The notes: generated from the letters alone by a model not told the origin. 64,000 nt of DNA from Candidatus Kaiserbacteria bacterium (GCA_027451665.1 DAIDIW010000002.1:146766-210765), one strand, 5' to 3'; positions 1 to 9,553 are shown, numbered from the stretch's first letter. Numbers and translations are program-made.

Positions 1-542
1 CCTAGATAGAGAGTGCCATCTGCCGGTATGCCGACCGATACCATGCCAAGCTTCGCATAGAACCACCAGCCAATGAATCCGGAGACGACTGTCACGAAGA
101 GGAGTCGCGTGCGCAGTCGGACTCCTCGCTCCCCTCCTGGCTGTACGTCGAGCAGATCATTAAAGAACCCCATAAGTCCGCCCGCGAGCAGCGCGAAGAA
201 CGGAATCCAGGTCTGGCTGCGGGAGAGGAAGTCGAGCTTCGTCATAACCGGCAGGCCCGTAGCGCGCGCGAGCACCCAGAAAAGCACCGTGACGAACGCG
301 ACGGTTCCCCAGATTAGTATCCCACCCATGCGAGGGGTCTTCGTCTCCGTACCAGCATGCACAGTCGCACGCAGGCGTTCAAATTCAGTCGCCGCGGTTC
401 CGTCGAGCGCCGTCTTTCCAGCCGATTTCTTCCAGACCTTGTACTTGTAAAGGTAGTGCGTGAGCAACGGGGCGAACGCAATGCCGCAGGCGAACGCGAG
501 CGAGGCGGGTATAAAGACCTTTATGATATTCGCGCCGATCAT
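1..542 (-). CDS. mraY: Phospho-N-acetylmuramoyl-pentapeptide transferase (5' part; runs off the window edge)
   Basis: Not in the ORF track. My translation from ATG 542: MIGANIIKVFIPASLAF...KTPRMGGILIW...GFFNDLLDV, with the MraY TP(T/R)MGG motif, a DD-like motif and several TM helices. Starts just after the dacA stop. Confidence 0.85.
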   Translation of the reverse strand, partial: MIGANIIKVFIPASLAFACGIAFAPLLTHYLYKYKVWKKSAGKTALDGTAATEFERLRATVHAGTETKTPRMGGILIWGTVAFVTVLFWVLARATGLPVMTKLDFLSRSQTWIPFFALLAGGLMGFFNDLLDVQPGGERGVRLRTRLLFVTVVSGFIGWWFYAKLGMVSVGIPADGTLYL

Positions 543-544
543 GA

Positions 545-1498
545 TCACAGCGACTTGATGTGGGCAAAGTGCGCGTAGGTAGCTGCCACGAGCGCCGCAC
601 CGTCTGTAAAGCGCGCCTTCAAAGTGGATCCAAGTATGACGATCGCGACTGGATGGTTAAGTCCCGCATCGAAGACAAGCGCCAAATTACCGCCGGCGAG
701 ATCGGTGTAGCCCGTCTTCGAGAGCATGAGACCAGGTATAGCATCGACCATAGGATCGGTATTCTTCACGGTGAACGAAACACCTTGTTGGGAGACCGCG
801 CTCGTCGTGGGGTGCGTTGTCGCGGAGACGATTTCCTGTGCATGGGTCGCGAGCTCGCCCGCGACCACTGCGATGTCATGTGCAGACCCATACCCGCCGG
901 AAATCGCAGTATTCATATCGAGCCCGTTCCCGTTCACGGCATACGTCTGCGCAAGATCAAGCCCGGCAGCTGCGCTCGCAATCATCTGATGGATGGTGAG
1001 ATGCTCCTGCTCTGAGGCAGCCTCTGCGATCGCTGCCGCGCCGTCATTCAAGGAAGCCGTGAGCGTAATGCGGGCAAGGTTCTCGAGCGTGAAGGACTCC
1101 CCCGGCGTAAAGGCGTGGGGCTCGGAAAGGCCCATGACATTCTGCGGGATAGTGATAACGGTGCTCGGCGAAAGCTCCTTCAAGGCCGAGTAGAGCGTCA
1201 AAAGCTTTGTGAGCGACGCGAGCGGCAACTGCGCGTATGCATTTTTCGCGTAGAGCGTCTTGCCGTCCGTGAGGTCATAAACGATCGCTGCCTTCGCCGT
1301 AAGCGGCACATTTGTGAAGAGCGCATCAGCCCGCGTCGAGGTGGCGATGGTCGCCGCTTGGGCAGCAGCCTGGTGCTCTGGTTCGAGCGGTATGAAGAGG
1401 AAGCCCGCAAGCACGAGCGAGGCAAGCACGAGCGCAATACCCGCCTCGCGCATGAAGCGGGTACGGTTCGCGAGTTGTCGAAGTTCAGAGATCTCCAT
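545..1498 (-). CDS. dacA: D-alanyl-D-alanine carboxypeptidase (peptidase S11)
   Basis: N-terminal TM helix; SxxK (ASLTK), SxN (SLN) and KTG motifs. Confidence 0.85.
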   Translation of the reverse strand: MEISELRQLANRTRFMREAGIALVLASLVLAGFLFIPLEPEHQAAAQAATIATSTRADALFTNVPLTAKAAIVYDLTDGKTLYAKNAYAQLPLASLTKLLTLYSALKELSPSTVITIPQNVMGLSEPHAFTPGESFTLENLARITLTASLNDGAAAIAEAASEQEHLTIHQMIASAAAGLDLAQTYAVNGNGLDMNTAISGGYGSAHDIAVVAGELATHAQEIVSATTHPTTSAVSQQGVSFTVKNTDPMVDAIPGLMLSKTGYTDLAGGNLALVFDAGLNHPVAIVILGSTLKARFTDGAALVAATYAHFAHIKSL

Positions 1499-1501
1499 AC
1501 C

Positions 1502-2065
1502 TCATTCGGGCGCTTCGCCCTCGCGTGTAGCAGTCTCGGCGGCCTCGATTATCGAGGTAGCTCCTCGCGCAAGTTCCTCGTAGCGCGGAAGACCCGTGGC
1601 GCTCGTAACTCCGAGCGTGGCGAGCGCGTCCGTGGTGAGGCGATAGCGGACTCGGCGTTTGTCCGCAGGATCCTCGCTGCCGTCAATGAGCCCGCGTAGG
1701 AGGAGCGTACGCATGGATGCGGAGGAATTCACGCCGCGCACCCAGTCCACCTCGCTTCGCGTCGCGCCACCTTGATATGCGATAACCGCCAAGGTCTCGA
1801 GGCTCGCTCTGCCGAGGTCGCGGCTCAGTTCGCTCTCGCGCAACTTCTTGACGATCTCAGAGGCGGCGGCGTTCGTGCGGAGTTCGACCGCGTCGTCAGT
1901 CTCGACGAGCGAGAGTCCCCTACCCTCGAGCTGATTCGTGAGCGCTTTAAGCGCTACGGCAAGATCCTCAAGCTTGACCTGAAGCAATGAGGCAAGGCGG
2001 TTCTTCTCGAGCGGTTCCCCGGCGGCGAAGAGGATGGCTTCGATGGCCATCGGCGGCGTCAACAT
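1502..2065 (-). CDS. scpB: SMC-Scp complex subunit ScpB
   Basis: AIEAILFAAGEPL...LETLAVIAY...TRSEVDWVRGVNS. Start moved to ATG 2065, which has TATTAT 6 nt upstream. Confidence 0.9.
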   Translation of the reverse strand: MLTPPMAIEAILFAAGEPLEKNRLASLLQVKLEDLAVALKALTNQLEGRGLSLVETDDAVELRTNAAASEIVKKLRESELSRDLGRASLETLAVIAYQGGATRSEVDWVRGVNSSASMRTLLLRGLIDGSEDPADKRRVRYRLTTDALATLGVTSATGLPRYEELARGATSIIEAAETATREGEAPE

Positions 2066-2132
2066 GTATCCATAATAGCTGCGCGGCACTCCTGAGGCAA
2101 CGCGTGTTTTTGGGTATAAGCAGCCCCGCCGT

Positions 2133-2876
2133 TCAGCCGTAATGAGGAATTGCGCTCGTGGCCCGATTCTCGATGCGAATATCCCCGTACTGTTCGAACT
2201 GCTCCGCAGCGACGATGCCATCCTTCACAAGCTCGAGAAGGGCGAGGAAGGACACGATGACCTCCACCTTCTCCTTTGCGGCCCCCGCAAATTCTTTGAA
2301 AGAGAGCGTCATCGCACGCTGCACGCGCTGCGTAAGGCGGTCCATCATCTCCTCGATGGTCACCAAAGGTTTCACTCGGTGCTCGGGCAGCTTTTCCGCC
2401 TCTTCGCGGGCAGCGAGTACGCGGGCGAGGGTCTCGGCGAGCGCGTTTATGGTCATGTCGCGCGCTGGCGAAAAGGTGGGCTCGGGAGCTCGCAGACCCG
2501 CCGGAAACATGACAGTCTTCCCGTAGATGCGACCGAGCTCACGCGCAGCTTCACGTATCTTCTCATACGCCTCGAGGCGACGCTTCAGGTCGTCCACGTC
2601 GCCCTGCTCTTCTTCGGTGAGGGTGAGATCAGGAATGAGCGATTTCGATTTAATGAGCAGCAGAGTCGCCGCGATCTGGATGAAGTTCGCAGTCTCCTCG
2701 ACCGGGAATGATTCCTGCGCCCGTACGTGCTGTATATAATCCTCGGTTATGGAGGCGAGCGCGAGGTCGTTCACTAGGAGCTTCCGCGCCTCGATGAGGT
2801 CGAGGACGAGCTCGAACGGTCCTTGGTAGGACTCGGTCTCGATTGTGAAGCCGGTCTTTGGGACTACGGTGTCCAT
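2133..2876 (-). CDS. scpA: Segregation and condensation protein A
   Basis: YQGPFELVLDLI...AATLLLIKSKSLIP...VSFLALLELVK; adjacent to scpB. Confidence 0.92.
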   Translation of the reverse strand: MDTVVPKTGFTIETESYQGPFELVLDLIEARKLLVNDLALASITEDYIQHVRAQESFPVEETANFIQIAATLLLIKSKSLIPDLTLTEEEQGDVDDLKRRLEAYEKIREAARELGRIYGKTVMFPAGLRAPEPTFSPARDMTINALAETLARVLAAREEAEKLPEHRVKPLVTIEEMMDRLTQRVQRAMTLSFKEFAGAAKEKVEVIVSFLALLELVKDGIVAAEQFEQYGDIRIENRATSAIPHYG

Positions 2877-4273
2877 TGTTCTAAGAAGTGTAACAGGAGC
2901 CGCACGGGTGCGCCGGCTGCCCCGTTGCCTAATAGATCGGCACTATTGCTAGTCATGCGCGGCGCGATATCGAGATGTGCCCAGGGTGCCTCAAGGTCTT
3001 TGGCGAACTGCCACAGGAACATACCGCCTTCGATCGCACCGCCATAGCGAGCATGGGCTCCGTGCGCCACATTCGCGACGTCGGCGAAGTCGCTCTTCAA
3101 CATGGTCTCATACTCGTCCCAGAGCGGAAGACGCCAGGCATAGTCGCCGCTTTGTTCAGCGCTGTCGAGGAGAGCGTCTGCTAATGCGTCATCCTTTGCG
3201 AGTAGAGCACTTGCATGAAGGCCGAGCGCGACCATGGCGGCTCCGGTGAGTGTCGCCACATCAATGACCGCTTCCGGGTCATAACGCTTCGCGTAGGTCA
3301 GTGCGTCTGCCAAGACGAGCCGGCCTTCGGCGTCAGTGTTTAAGACCTCGATGGTCTTCCCGGAAAGCGATTTCAGGATATCGCCCGGTCGGTAGCTCTC
3401 CCCGGAAGTCGCGTTCTCTGCTGAAGGGATGAGTGCGACCACGTGACGCTTCACCTTAAGGCGCGCTGCGAGCGCGGTTGCATGGATCACTGCTGCCGCG
3501 CCGGACATATCCATGTGCATCTCGTAAATGCCGCTCGACGGCTTCAGGTTAAGACCGCCGCTGTCGAAGGTGATGCCTTTGCCCGCGAGCACGATCGGCC
3601 TCCCCTTTCCGCCCTTGTATTCCATGATCGTGAAGGTTGGCGGCTCTGTCGCGCCCTTACCGACGCCAAGCAATGCGCCCATGCCGAGCTTCTCGATTTC
3701 CTTCACGCCAAGCGTCTTTACGGTGATAGGAAGGCCCCTGGCGGCCGCCTTCGCTGCCGCAGCAAGCGTCTTCGGGGTCATGTCGCTGCCCGGCGTATTC
3801 GCGAGCGTGCGGGCTTTGTTCACTTCGAGGGCGATGACAAGTCCTCGCTTGAATCCCGCTTGCATCTCCTTGGGTGTATCGCCGCAGATAAGCACTTCTT
3901 CCACATCCTTCCAGCCTTCCTTAGGCTTCGTCTTGAAATCACGGAATTCGTAAACGGCGAGACCGAGATTCTCGGCTATAAGCGAGCCGAGCTCCGGAAG
4001 CGGCACGCCGTTCATCTGCGGGAACGGTGAATCGGAGAACTTGAGCGCGAGTTTCGGCAGTTCATGTTGCATCGCCGTGCGGATGACGCGCCGCGGGATG
4101 AGCTGGAACTTCCGTCTGGTGACGTCCTTCCAAGGACCAACGCCTAGCTCGAGCCAGCGCGCACCCTCCTTCTCGACGAAGCGCGTCGTACCCGGTTTCT
4201 CTTCCGTTATGCGCACGCGCACGTATGTCTTCGGCGCGTCTTCAATGCCCTTCGGGGAGAATGCGATCCTCAT
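2864..4273 (-). CDS. pepA: Leucyl aminopeptidase (M17)
   Basis: GKGITFDSGG, DMSGAA, NTDAEGRL and ATLTGA motifs. Confidence 0.93.
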   Translation of the reverse strand: MRIAFSPKGIEDAPKTYVRVRITEEKPGTTRFVEKEGARWLELGVGPWKDVTRRKFQLIPRRVIRTAMQHELPKLALKFSDSPFPQMNGVPLPELGSLIAENLGLAVYEFRDFKTKPKEGWKDVEEVLICGDTPKEMQAGFKRGLVIALEVNKARTLANTPGSDMTPKTLAAAAKAAARGLPITVKTLGVKEIEKLGMGALLGVGKGATEPPTFTIMEYKGGKGRPIVLAGKGITFDSGGLNLKPSSGIYEMHMDMSGAAAVIHATALAARLKVKRHVVALIPSAENATSGESYRPGDILKSLSGKTIEVLNTDAEGRLVLADALTYAKRYDPEAVIDVATLTGAAMVALGLHASALLAKDDALADALLDSAEQSGDYAWRLPLWDEYETMLKSDFADVANVAHGAHARYGGAIEGGMFLWQFAKDLEAPWAHLDIAPRMTSNSADLLGNGAAGAPVRLLLHFLEQWTP

Positions 4274-5667
4274 GCGTCGTTGCGAGGCTTGACCGAGAGA
4301 CCGAGTTCGCCGAGCTGTTTGTCCGTAAGCGGCTTCGGTGCCTTCATGACGGCCGTCTGGCCGCTGCGCGTCATCGGGAACGCTTGCACCTCGCGCAGAT
4401 ACGTCTCGCCAGTCAGGTTCATGATGTTGCGTTCAATGCCAAGCGCGATGCCACCGTGCGGAGGGGTGCCGAAGCGGAACGCTTTGAGCATGTGGCCGAT
4501 GCGTTCCTCCACTTCGTCCTGGCGGTAACCCATCACGTGGTACGTCGCCTCGAGGATCTCAGGCTTGTGCGCACGGATCGAGCCGCCACCCGTCTCGAAG
4601 CCGTTACAGACGAGGTCGTACTGCGCGGCCAGGATATGCTCGATGTTCTCGCCTTTCATGAGTGACTCGAGGTGCTCGGGCTTAGGCATCGAGAACGGAT
4701 TGTGCGTGAAAGTCCACTTGCCCTCATCGTCCTTCTCGAACATCGGGAAGTCGACGACCCAGGCATATGCGAGGACGCCAGCCGCTTTCTCCTCCGCGGT
4801 ACGCATATCGAACTTATCGGCGCCGTACTGCTTCATGGCGTCCGCATAGCTTACGCGTGGGAACGGCTTCGCCTTCAGCGTATAGCCCATCTCTTCGACG
4901 ACGGTCGTAATCATGGATTCGATTGTCTGCATCACCTCCTCCTGCGTGACAAATGACATCTCAAGGTCTAACTGGGTGTGCTCGAAACCGCGATCCGCGC
5001 GGAGATCCTCATCGCGGACGGCGCGCGCCAGCTGGAAATACCGTTCGAACCCGGCCGTCATGAGGAGCTGCTTATACTGCTGCGGCGATTGCGGAAGCGC
5101 GTAAAATTTTCCTGGATGCAGGCGGCTCGGCACGACGAAATCGCGGGAACCCTCTGGCGTCGATTCGGTCAGCAGCGGCGTCTCTATCTCGACGAAATCC
5201 TTGTCGAACAGGAATGCGCGGCAGCGGCGTACGAATTCGCTGCGAAGCCGGATATTCTTCTGCATGCGCGGACTTCGCAGGTCGAGATAGCGGTATTCGG
5301 CCCGGAGGTTCTCATCGATAGTGCTTGTATCGTCGAGCGAGAACGGAGGCGTATCCGCGGAATTGAGGATTTCGAGGCCTGTGACTTCGAGTTCGATATC
5401 GCCGTTCGCTTTGCCTAGCTGAACGTTCTTCTCAGGACGCTTGTTTACCTTGCCCGTAACGGTGATGACATCTTCTTGGCGGACAGTCTTCGCCGCCTCC
5501 ATCGCTTCGGAGCCCGGCAGCACGACGCCCTGTACGAGCCCCGAGCGGTCGCGGAAATCGAAGAAAACGAGCTTTCCTTGGTCGCGGCGGACATGCACCC
5601 AGCCTGAGATGGATACCGTCTCCCCCGCCTTGGCGAAGAGCTTCCCAATCATCGTGCGTTCGTTCAT
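4270..5667 (-). CDS. aspS: Aspartate--tRNA ligase (short form lacking the GAD insertion)
   Basis: OB-fold start (GWVHVRRD), YRYLDLR, LPQSPQQYKQLLM, RDEDLRADR, PPHGGIALG. Confidence 0.93.
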   Translation of the reverse strand: MNERTMIGKLFAKAGETVSISGWVHVRRDQGKLVFFDFRDRSGLVQGVVLPGSEAMEAAKTVRQEDVITVTGKVNKRPEKNVQLGKANGDIELEVTGLEILNSADTPPFSLDDTSTIDENLRAEYRYLDLRSPRMQKNIRLRSEFVRRCRAFLFDKDFVEIETPLLTESTPEGSRDFVVPSRLHPGKFYALPQSPQQYKQLLMTAGFERYFQLARAVRDEDLRADRGFEHTQLDLEMSFVTQEEVMQTIESMITTVVEEMGYTLKAKPFPRVSYADAMKQYGADKFDMRTAEEKAAGVLAYAWVVDFPMFEKDDEGKWTFTHNPFSMPKPEHLESLMKGENIEHILAAQYDLVCNGFETGGGSIRAHKPEILEATYHVMGYRQDEVEERIGHMLKAFRFGTPPHGGIALGIERNIMNLTGETYLREVQAFPMTRSGQTAVMKAPKPLTDKQLGELGLSVKPRNDA

Positions 5668-5718
5668 CGGCTAAAAATACCATGCCCGCAGCCGATTTTC
5701 ATCGGTGCGGGCACGTGC

Positions 5719-5868
5719 TCAAAAGTCGAAAGCATCGGTGGATCGATGCTTGCGGGCCTCGGTACCTATCCGTTCGAACGGGTCGAATAGCCCTGTTCCT
5801 TCGGGCACCTTAGCTGCTTTCTCCTTAGGAGCCTTTGGCTCTTCCTTCCGTGGCTTCTCATCAGCCAT
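5719..5868 (-). CDS. Putative 49-aa small charged protein
   Basis: MADEKPRKEEPKAPKEKAAKVPEGTGLFDPFERIGTEARKHRSTDAFDF*; GGAG a few nt upstream of the ATG; fills the trpS-aspS gap. Confidence 0.45.
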   Translation of the reverse strand: MADEKPRKEEPKAPKEKAAKVPEGTGLFDPFERIGTEARKHRSTDAFDF

Positions 5869-5943
5869 CGCTTGCTCCAGTGGATGTTCCAAAGGTGTGA
5901 ACCTGTCTATCGAAAGAAAGGTTACATAGATTCTTATTGTGTC

Positions 5944-6897
5944 TCACGCGACGCCTATCGCCTTGCGGACCATCTCCATCTTGGCTTCACTTACCGCGTG
6001 CGCTTCCCGGGCTCCATCTTCGAGCACGCGGGCGACGTCTGCGTCGGTGATGCTCGCGCGCCTCTCACGCATAGGCGCGAGGTAGCGATCCAGGTCCTCG
6101 ATGAGCGCCTCTTTGAGTACTTTATATTGCCCCTTATGTTCTTGGTAGAACTTTTCAAGGCCAGATTTGAAAAGGGCAAGCGAGATTAATTGGTGGATAT
6201 TGTAAACGTTTGCAGGAACGTCCCCTGAGGAATCCGTCACGATGCTCATGACTGCCTTAGCAAGTTCGTCCTTGCTCCCAAAGAGCGGGATAGTGTTCTT
6301 GTAACTTTTGCTCATCTTAGCGCCATCCGTTCCTGGCACAGTGCCGACGTTCGTAAAAATCATTTCGCCAGGCTCCTTAAAGAGCGATTCGTAGGCGTTG
6401 TTGAATTTCGTTGCCGCTTCGCGCGCATACTCGATATGCTGGCGCTGATCTTCGCCCACCGGGACGACGTCGGTGTCGTAGAGCAGGATGTCCGCCGCCA
6501 TAAGCATGGGGTACGTGAAGAGGCCGGCGTTCGCTTCGAGGCCCTTCGCTACCTTATCCTTGTAGGCGTGGCCTTGCATGAGGAACGGTACGGTGACGAG
6601 ACAATCAAAGATCCATGCGAGTTCAGTGTGAGCCGGCACCGTCGACTGCTTGAAGATAATCGCTTTCTTAGGATCTACGCCGGCGGCAAGATAGTCCTTC
6701 ACCGCTTCGATGGTGTTCTTGCGGAGCGCCTCCGGATCACGCAGGCTTGTGAGCGCGTGATAATCAACGACCATGAGATAGCTCCGGTACTCGCCGTATG
6801 CGTCGACGAACGGGCGCAACGCGCCGAAATAATTGCCGATATGGAGGTTGCCAGATGGCTGGAGTCCGGTCAGGAGAACGGGCTTCGATTCGCTCAT
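5944..6897 (-). CDS. trpS: Tryptophan--tRNA ligase
   Basis: TGLQPSGNLHIGNY, YPMLMAADIL, VPVGEDQRQH, KMSKS. Start ATG 6897 follows TGCTATGGT-N7. Confidence 0.95.
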   Translation of the reverse strand: MSESKPVLLTGLQPSGNLHIGNYFGALRPFVDAYGEYRSYLMVVDYHALTSLRDPEALRKNTIEAVKDYLAAGVDPKKAIIFKQSTVPAHTELAWIFDCLVTVPFLMQGHAYKDKVAKGLEANAGLFTYPMLMAADILLYDTDVVPVGEDQRQHIEYAREAATKFNNAYESLFKEPGEMIFTNVGTVPGTDGAKMSKSYKNTIPLFGSKDELAKAVMSIVTDSSGDVPANVYNIHQLISLALFKSGLEKFYQEHKGQYKVLKEALIEDLDRYLAPMRERRASITDADVARVLEDGAREAHAVSEAKMEMVRKAIGVA

Positions 6898-7094
6898 GTG
6901 CCCTACCATAGCACGAAAACGCCTTGCGATAGGACGACTCCATCGTGTTGAATATGAGGGCGTGTGGGACCATGCTCGGATGGCCCTAGATAGAAAATCA
7001 TAAAGCGCTGCGATCTCCATACAAGGAGCTCGCTGAACTATCACCCCTCCAAAGCGGTGCACCGTATGGGACGATATTAGAACGATTTTGCCTG

Positions 7095-7271
7095 TTACTC
7101 GTGCATGTTCCGGAACAGCATGGCCGTAGTCTTTTGATGAATAGCAAACCGTTCGTAAAAAGACTGTATATCGGCATCACAGAGAAGATCGACCATGTAC
7201 ATATCGTTCAGCTTATCGAGCATTCTTTTCATAAGTTCAGAACCACCAGTGATGAGAAATTTCCTCGACAT
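7095..7271 (-). pseudogene. C-terminal remnant of a GNAT acetyltransferase
   Basis: ...GGSELMKRMLDKLNDMYMVDLLCDADIQSFYERFAIHQKTTAMLFRNMHE*. Resembles GNAT motif A/B (GxGxxLM..., FYERF) without the N-terminal half; AT-rich. Confidence 0.55.
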
Positions 7272-7494
7272 TTGCGCCGCTCGGCTCTTTAATGTGCAAT
7301 CCCCTTTTGCGGGATTACCGCGTCCTGATTCGGTCCGCCGAGCTGGACCTCCGGTCTGAGAGCTCCGCCGCGATAGCGACGGGGCCGCTAGTGTTTCCGG
7401 AATGCGGCCATAAGACAGTTGCGCGCAGGGGCCGCTTTGAAGTCAGGCAGAGGCGTGAGAGGATGTGTTCAGGTTTTGTTCTCAGGAGGCACGG

Positions 7495-7704
7495 ATGATC
7501 CTTTCAGCTGCAGGGACAATTACCAATGAGGACGTCAGAGAGTTCCGACGTCTGCTTCAGGAGGAAGATAAGCATCTCACTCCTGAAAAGGCCCGCCAAA
7601 GCCTGATTGCAAGTGGCGTCCTCGATCAAGACGGCAAGCCGCGCTGGCCCGTCAAGGCGACACGGACGGGCAGCCGAAAGAAGAAATCCACTTCCGTCAA
7701 ATGA
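7495..7704 (+). CDS. Small protein (69 aa), candidate antitoxin/partner
   Basis: AGGAGG SD before ATG 7495; its stop overlaps the next ATG (ATGA). Confidence 0.6.
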   Translation: MILSAAGTITNEDVREFRRLLQEEDKHLTPEKARQSLIASGVLDQDGKPRWPVKATRTGSRKKKSTSVK

Positions 7705-7994
7705 CGACCGACGTCACCATTCGACCCCATGTGGTGTTTGCCTACCACGGTTGCGACCAAGATGTAGCGGAACACATTTTGCGTGGCGCTGAAATGACAC
7801 CGGCTCAGAACCCCTACGACTGGTTAGGGACCGGGTACTATTTCTGGGAAGCTGATCCTTCCCGGGCTATGAAGTGGGCAGTCGAGGCTCGCGAACGACA
7901 TAGAACCGACGGAGTGAAGCGGGCTCCGGACAAAGTTGTCCGGAGCCCTTTCGTGTTGGGCGCAGTAATAAAATATGGCCACTGTCGTTTCTAG
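7701..7994 (+). pseudogene. Truncated ADP-ribosyltransferase-fold protein (YHG...DWLGxGxYFWE family)
   Basis: AYHGC, NPYDWLGTGYYFWE, RAMKWA, PFVLGAVIKYGHC, then an abrupt stop at a junction with recombinase-like sequence. Confidence 0.55.
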
Positions 7995-8236
7995 AAGGCA
8001 GTAGAGCCGCAGAATCGTACTCCTCCCTTTCCCCTGAAGAAAAGCGTCGGGTGCTCGGAAAACTACTTTCGAACGCTTCCCTTCAGAACGGAAATATCGC
8101 GCAGAAGCTATTTAAAAGTCCCTACGATATTCTCGCAAGGACTCCTAAATCTGCTGATATCTCAACAATGTGCGCCGGGTTGGATTCGAACCAACGTAGG
8201 GCTATGCCCGACAGGTTTACAGCCTGTTGTAATTGA
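7985..8236 (+). pseudogene. C-terminal tail of a site-specific (probably large serine) recombinase reading into tRNA-Tyr
   Basis: SFLEGSRAAESYSSLSPEEKRRVLGKLLSNASLQNGNIAQKLFKSPYDILARTPKSADISTMCAGLDSN. Resembles C-termini of CPR tRNA-adjacent recombinases; no start codon or catalytic domain. Confidence 0.5.
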
Positions 8237-8254
8237 CCACTCTACCACCGACGC
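8171..8254 (-). tRNA. tRNA-Tyr(GTA)
   Basis: GCGTCGG/CCGGCGC-A acceptor stem, ACAGG-CT-GTA-AA-CCTGT anticodon arm, long variable arm, GGTTCGAATCC; CCA not encoded. Confidence 0.95.
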
Positions 8255-8284
8255 AGGCTGGGACAGTATACCGGAAATGCTCAG

Positions 8285-9538
8285 CTATTTCAAAACCAGC
8301 ACGAGCACGCCCTGCTTGCCTTTCCGTACGAGTGTGTGGCCCTCCTTTAGGTCGCCAAGGTAAACCTTCTGATCCGCATTCTCGATGGTGAGCCCAGAGA
8401 GCTTGATAGCCTTTCCCTCGATGAGCCGACGCGCCTCTGACTTAGAGGAAGCGAGACCGCCGGCGACCAGGCACTCGGCGAGAAACTTTCCTTCACGGGC
8501 TTCGGTCTTTAAGATGGTCACCGAGGGTGCCTCTGCAAGCGCCACCGCCCGCGCGTCACGCGAAAGAGAGGCGAAGTCCGTCTTGCCGAAGAGCGCATCT
8601 GTAGCTGCTGCTGCAGCGGCGACGGCCGCGGGGCCGTGCACAATCTCGGTGACGAGGCGCGCGAGCGTCTCCTGCGCCTCTCGCTCTCCGGGGCTCATGC
8701 GATGTTTCTCCATGATTGTCTCAATCTCAGAGAGCGGAAGGAAGGTGTACGCCTTGAAATATTTCTCGAGCCCGCCGTCGGGCAGATTCATCCAGAACTG
8801 GTAGAACTTGAACGGAGACGTCTTTTTCGGATCGAGCCAGACCGCGTTTCCTTCACTCTTGCCGAACTTCTTACCATTGCTGTCCGTCACAAGCGGCATG
8901 GAGAGCGCAAAGGCCCGTTTCCCTTCCTTCTTGCGTATGAGGTCTACGCCCGAGAGGATGTTCGTCCATTGGTCGCTACCGCCTACCTGGAGATCGCAGC
9001 CATATTTCTTATGTAGTTCAAGGAAGTCGTACCCCTGCAGGAGCGCATAGGTGAACTCCGTGTACGAAATGCTCTCGTCAGGGGTCTCGAGGCGCTTTCT
9101 GATGAGGTCACGCTTTACAAGATCGTTCACGGTGAAATGCTTGCCGATATCGCGGAGGAACGGGATAAGGTGCACCTTTGCAAGCCAGTCGGCATTATCC
9201 ACCATCGTGAACGTGACGCCGCCTAAGAGTCCCTTGAGCTGCCTTTTGATAGCGCGCTTATTACGCTCGATGGTTTTGTCGTCCAAGAGCGAACGTTCCC
9301 CTTTCTCGCGCGGGTCGCCGATCATACCGGTGCCGCCACCCACGAGGAATATGAGCTTGTGTCCGGCGTCGCCGAGGCGCTTCATGAGAAGCACGACGGC
9401 AAGATTTCCCACCTGGATGGAATCAGCGGTCGGGTCGATACCGAGATAGGCCGTACGCTTCTCAGAAAGGATGACCGCGGGCTCGGTCGAGCTATGCTCG
9501 ATGAGTCCGCGCGCCTTGAGGTCGTCTGCGAGGTTCAT
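8285..9538 (-). CDS. tyrS: Tyrosine--tRNA ligase
   Basis: YLGIDPTADS, YALLQGYDF, GGSDQWTN, KFGKSEG and a C-terminal S4-like domain. Confidence 0.95.
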   Translation of the reverse strand: MNLADDLKARGLIEHSSTEPAVILSEKRTAYLGIDPTADSIQVGNLAVVLLMKRLGDAGHKLIFLVGGGTGMIGDPREKGERSLLDDKTIERNKRAIKRQLKGLLGGVTFTMVDNADWLAKVHLIPFLRDIGKHFTVNDLVKRDLIRKRLETPDESISYTEFTYALLQGYDFLELHKKYGCDLQVGGSDQWTNILSGVDLIRKKEGKRAFALSMPLVTDSNGKKFGKSEGNAVWLDPKKTSPFKFYQFWMNLPDGGLEKYFKAYTFLPLSEIETIMEKHRMSPGEREAQETLARLVTEIVHGPAAVAAAAAATDALFGKTDFASLSRDARAVALAEAPSVTILKTEAREGKFLAECLVAGGLASSKSEARRLIEGKAIKLSGLTIENADQKVYLGDLKEGHTLVRKGKQGVLVLVLK

Positions 9539-9553
9539 GGCACAGATTCTACA

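Larger units (their letters stand above)
7273..8177. mobile_element. Decayed integrative element remnant at the tRNA-Tyr 3' end
   Basis: Plus-strand islet within a minus-strand region, with gene fragments and an integrase tail abutting the tRNA. TGCGCCG occurs at 7273-7279 and 8171-8177 as a weak possible att core. Confidence 0.5.
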
